A stretch of 63,591 nucleotides of DNA. Source: Mesotaenium endlicherianum (taxonomy: Eukaryota). Numbering within the stretch: the stretch's first letter is position 1; every line of letters starts with the position of its first letter. A program made the translations under genes and the position numbers. Shown here piece by piece: positions 59,701-63,591 of the stretch. A model generated the notes under the pieces. It searched no databases. It had not been told where the DNA came from and saw only the letters and a program-made list of their open reading frames with translations. Location of the stretch: assembly GCA_009602735.1 (NCBI GenBank), contig WELA01002119.1:318143-381733 (forward strand). Reading direction: 5' to 3'.

Positions 59701-60574
59701 CATTGTCATCATGGGCTCGACTTCTATAGCTCATTGTTCTGCCGGCCTGGCTCCATCTCAGCAGTGAGGCTTCTGCCAACGATGCGTGTTTTTCAACTTC
59801 CTGATGCTCTGTGCTTGCGGGTGGTCGGCAGGTCATGCGGGCTTGCAAGGTGGCAGCGGCAGCTGTTGCAGGCGTGGTGAGCATCAAGCTGTGTGCAACG
59901 GTTGTGGATGTGAGTAGGCTCTTGCACGCTCTCCCCCCTTCTCAGTGCGCACGGGACCTCCTCATATCTCCTCATGTCATCATGAGCCCCTTTGTGAAGA
60001 TGCCCTCAATCACGACCCTCTGTGGAACATTCCAAGTGTGCGGGTTGTGGTGTGAGCATCAAACTGTGATTGCTGTGTCTCCATGCGCAATGTGGATGGA
60101 TGGGCGATGCGTGGTGTATCAAGCCCTCGTTGTCAGCAGGTGGATTGAAAAGAAGAGGGGAGTGCGTGTGGTGCTCCGTGCTTTCTGTAATGGCATTCTG
60201 TGCATCTGCCGCTGCAGAGATGTTGTTGATCAGTGTCATGCAGGTCACTCCTCGCACCTCTGTGTCATACGTGGAGCTTCTTGTCCTTGTGCTCCTTCAA
60301 AAGCTCTGATCTTTTCTCTATTGTCACTTTGTGATCCCGGGCTTTGCGCCACTTCATGGGCCGGCAAACTGTCGCAGGTTCTGGACTCTTATGTGATGGC
60401 CTGATGCTTATACATAAAGCGATATGTTATAACGCATCATTTTACAGTCAAAATACCTTTGTTTGCTTGTTACTAACCGCTGCCTAAAAGTACCTCCTGC
60501 CTTCTCTATATATGACAGTTCAAAGTAGTAAAATGATGTCCTCTTGGTTCCATGATGCCCTCTTTACCATGCAG

Positions 60575-63500
60575 AGCATTGAGGCTGTGCCTCTCCTGCC
60601 TCAAGTGGAGAGGCTGATAGGCGCAGTCGTGGCGGGCAACTTTGGCATGAGGTTCCTGGGAGGTGGCGAAGGTGAGGCCCTCCTTGCAGCCCGTCTCTCT
60701 TCCCCCGCCCCCTTTATAGCCTAGCCTCTTGATGGCAGAGTTAAATGTTACTTTCTTCTCTCTTCAAGCCCTCCCTTGGTGCTGCACGTACGCCTGCTTT
60801 GAGTTTGTGCTACAGGACAGGAGGAACGAGTGTGCCTGCGGAGCCTGTGGGTGATCACAATACAAGCTCTTCGAGTATCGTACGCGGTACTTTCCATGGA
60901 GTCGGTTCATTCGGCTCTTTCGGCACATCGCACCCTGTTTCGACACCTCGCGTGCATGTATGCTCTCATTGCTGTGCCGCGAGCGCAAGCGTGCGCACCT
61001 CCTTGCACGTGGCTCTCCCATTGACCTTACACCCACTTCCTTGCCACCTGCCGGCGTGGCCCACGGCCACATGGTGCCCTCTCTCTCTCTTGTTGGATGT
61101 GGTGGCGTGTGGCAAGCAGGGAGGGCGCGCATCGAGTCCTTCATTGAGGACATCGTGGAGCGCTTCCAGGGCAACAAGGGCGACGGCATCGAGGACCTGG
61201 AGCCCAGCATGCTGGACGTAAGCGCACGCCCCCGCCCTGTGATCCGTCGTGCGATGTACTCTGGACCGAGGGGCTGACCGGCATCGCTGTGTTGCATTGC
61301 GTTGCATTGGCTGACCGCAATGTTGACCCCTGTTGACCACCAACTGTCACACCTTGGCCCTTGTGCCTGACCGGCAATGCCGCGTGTATCTAGTGGATTT
61401 CTGGTACAACATGTCGCCTAACTTGGCTCATCCATAGTAAGCCCCGGTTACAATTTGCCAGGCCCTCTCCACGTGCCCGCACTGCTCACTGCCAGCTGGC
61501 AACCGCTCCTCGTAATGTGCTTGCAGGTCCAGATCCGGTCGTTGATTGACGAGCACGTGAGGGTGCACGACGCTTTGACGGAGGAGGGGCGCGTGGAGAG
61601 CTTGCCCGTCATCAGCAGCAAGCCGGCGCTTGTTGCCGCGCTCAAGAGCTTTGTCAGAGGCAGGGAGTCGAAGGTGAGAGGGAGAGGGCCACTCGTCTCT
61701 GACAACCCCCTCTCCCCCCCCCCCCCCCCCCNNNNNNNNNNNNNNNNNNNNNNNNNNNNNNNNNNNNNNNNNNNNNNNCCCCCCCCCCTCCCTGTGTCCC
61801 CTTTCCACCCCTGTCAAGGGCGAGGGCTGGTGGTTCTTAATAAAGTTCGACCCCCATGCATATTTGCATCATTGCTCACTTCTGCGCCGCTGGACACAGA
61901 AGATAGTGGGTGGCCCTGTTACGTTCCTCATTTAGATTCCTGAATAGAACCAGCTCCTTGTCATTTTGCAAGGATTGGCTTGTTGCACGCCCTCATCAGT
62001 TGTCAGCTGACTAATTCCACTTGTGCCCAGCAGGCAGCTGTCTTGCCATTGCTCGGCTTATGTGTGGTCAGATTGGCATTTTTGCCCGCTAGGCTCAACG
62101 GCAGTCGTGTCAATGGCTTCTTATTCCAACGACAAGAACTCTAATTGCGTGCTTGCTACATAGTGCATGATCATTATAGCTCTTGGCCTTCAACTTTTGC
62201 TTCAGCTTTTGGCTTTGGCTTCTGAACGCATCCCTTCCCTCCGAAGAGAGGCACTTGCGAGGAGCAGGAGTAGGCCACTCATGCGTGGTGCAACATTGTT
62301 GCAGGTCTGCAGAATGATTGCAAGCGTTTTCACCACAAGCAATCCCCATAAGGAGGCTTGCAGTATGGCCAACTTACCTCATCTCTTCGTCCCTTCGTCC
62401 CACCCTTTGCCCCCCCCCTCCCCTCCTTCTCTGCTGCCGCAGGGAAGGGAGGTGAACTCCATGTTGAGGAAGGATCTGGCGGGCCTCAAAGAGCAGCAGG
62501 CTCAGCTCAAGAGGGCCAAGGAGGTGAGGACACCTCTCTGGCATCTGCGCCCCCCTCCCCCCCTCCCTCTTTCGCCTTCGTGGCTGGCGACACGCTCATG
62601 CCATCTGTCCAGACACCCTCCTTGACCTCCTGCCAAGGCCACAGCCGTGGAGCCAGCACCTACGCCTGTGACGTGCTCATGCCATCTGTCACGTCCACCC
62701 TCCACCCTCCCCCATTGCCTCCCCCTTGCCTTGCCAGGGCCTCAAAAGCCCCTCTGGCTCTGCAGGCCTAACCCACAGCTGCAGCTGAAAGCCTAAGCGT
62801 GCATGAGCGTTGTGGGATGTGCTGCTGCTGACGCGCTCGTTGGACGCCATCTGCCACGACTCCAGCTCATCCTGGAACTGCACGAAACGCGGATCTTAAC
62901 ACGCATGCGAGGGTGGTTGTGTCTGCCTCGTGGTAATTTGGGGGTGGGGTCCAGGCGGAAGCAGAAGAGGCAGCGGCGCAGATGAAGAGCCTGGAAAACT
63001 CCACCGGCATTCTCCAGGTACTGCATCTCCGCCTCAAGAGGAGCCCACTTTCCCCTCGTGTGAGCATGATATTCGTCCATCACCTAGTCGGTATGTGCCT
63101 CTCTGCGCAAGAGAGAGCTAGGCGTGTGGGAACACTTGTCTTTCTGTCCATCCGTTATTTTGCGTGCATGTGCCTCCCCCTTGTGTACGTGGCCTCTGTG
63201 TGCACATACATGTACAGCTGTCGATGGAGCATGTTGCGGACTGCATCTCTCACGTGTAGACTGCATGGGGACCGTACTAGTGAAATTGTTGTTCTTTATG
63301 CCTTTTCTGGCCCTGGTGCGGTGTTGGTGCCGGTCTGAAGTTGTGCTGGTGCTGGTGCTGAGCTGGTGCCTTGCTGAGCTGGAGCTGTTGCTGATGTTGG
63401 TGCTTACGCTGCTGGCTGTCTGCCTGCGGGTGCGGGTGCGCCTGCGGGGCTGCAGGTGGAGCGGGACGAGGCGCGCAGCGAGGTGATCGAGCTCGACCAC

Positions 63501-63575
63501 CGCATCTCCGACATGAGCGTGCAACTGGGGCACGTCTCCCAAGCCCGCGAGGACCTGGAAAGGCTCACGCGCGAG
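60575..63575 (+). CDS. Partial multi-exon host gene, coiled-coil protein of unknown identity
   Basis: AG/GT-bounded GC-rich exons with compatible phases: 60575-60671, 61120-61217, 61527-61673, 62443-62523, 62955-63017, 63456-63575 (..RARIESFIEDIVERFQG..LRKDLAGLKEQQAQLKRAKE..VERDEARSEVIELDHRISDM..). Start and end not seen. Confidence 0.7.
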
Positions 63576-63591
63576 GTGAGAGTCCCCCCCC

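Noticed and set aside
57186..60500. Short ORFs right of the Harbinger
   Set aside because: No recognisable motifs or consistent exon chain; left unannotated.
60815..60879. Possible extra exon of the host gene
   Set aside because: Its phase does not fit between the flanking exons, which join in frame without it.

Overview
Eukaryotic, transposon-dense locus. Intron style, PBS type and TE families suggest a green plant lineage, probably a streptophyte alga (inference). About 90% of the window is nested mobile DNA. (1) One chromovirus-type Ty3/Gypsy family ('family 1', ~720-bp LTRs) has three full-length copies with 5-bp TSDs: A 835-9654 (intact), B 26018-34963 and C 37313-45654. There is also an extra 3' LTR at 39-759 and an older decayed copy at 760-12684. 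Family 1 has gag, a pol reached by a -1 frameshift, and an unexplained ~560-aa third ORF that is not env-like. (2) A PIF/Harbinger DNA transposon spans 14121-57182 (TAA TSD). It carries a decayed transposase, a convergent Myb/trihelix gene, a captured exon of the host gene PNO1, and two GC-rich hairpin arrays. (3) Inside the Harbinger lies a decayed Gypsy-type element (~18.2-52.6 kb, interrupted by B, C and D). Its polyprotein has a C5 cytosine DNA methyltransferase between protease and RT and a PHD finger after the integrase. The catalytic PCQ motif falls between ORF-track entries. (4) A second chromovirus, D, lies on the minus strand (45702-52396), and an unrelated solo LTR lies at 10859-11584. 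(5) Exons of a host coiled-coil protein gene occupy the right end. The best candidates for new biology are the DNMT+PHD retrotransposon and the apparently swappable, spliced ORF3 cassette of family 1. All calls come from reading motifs by eye; no database searches were run.
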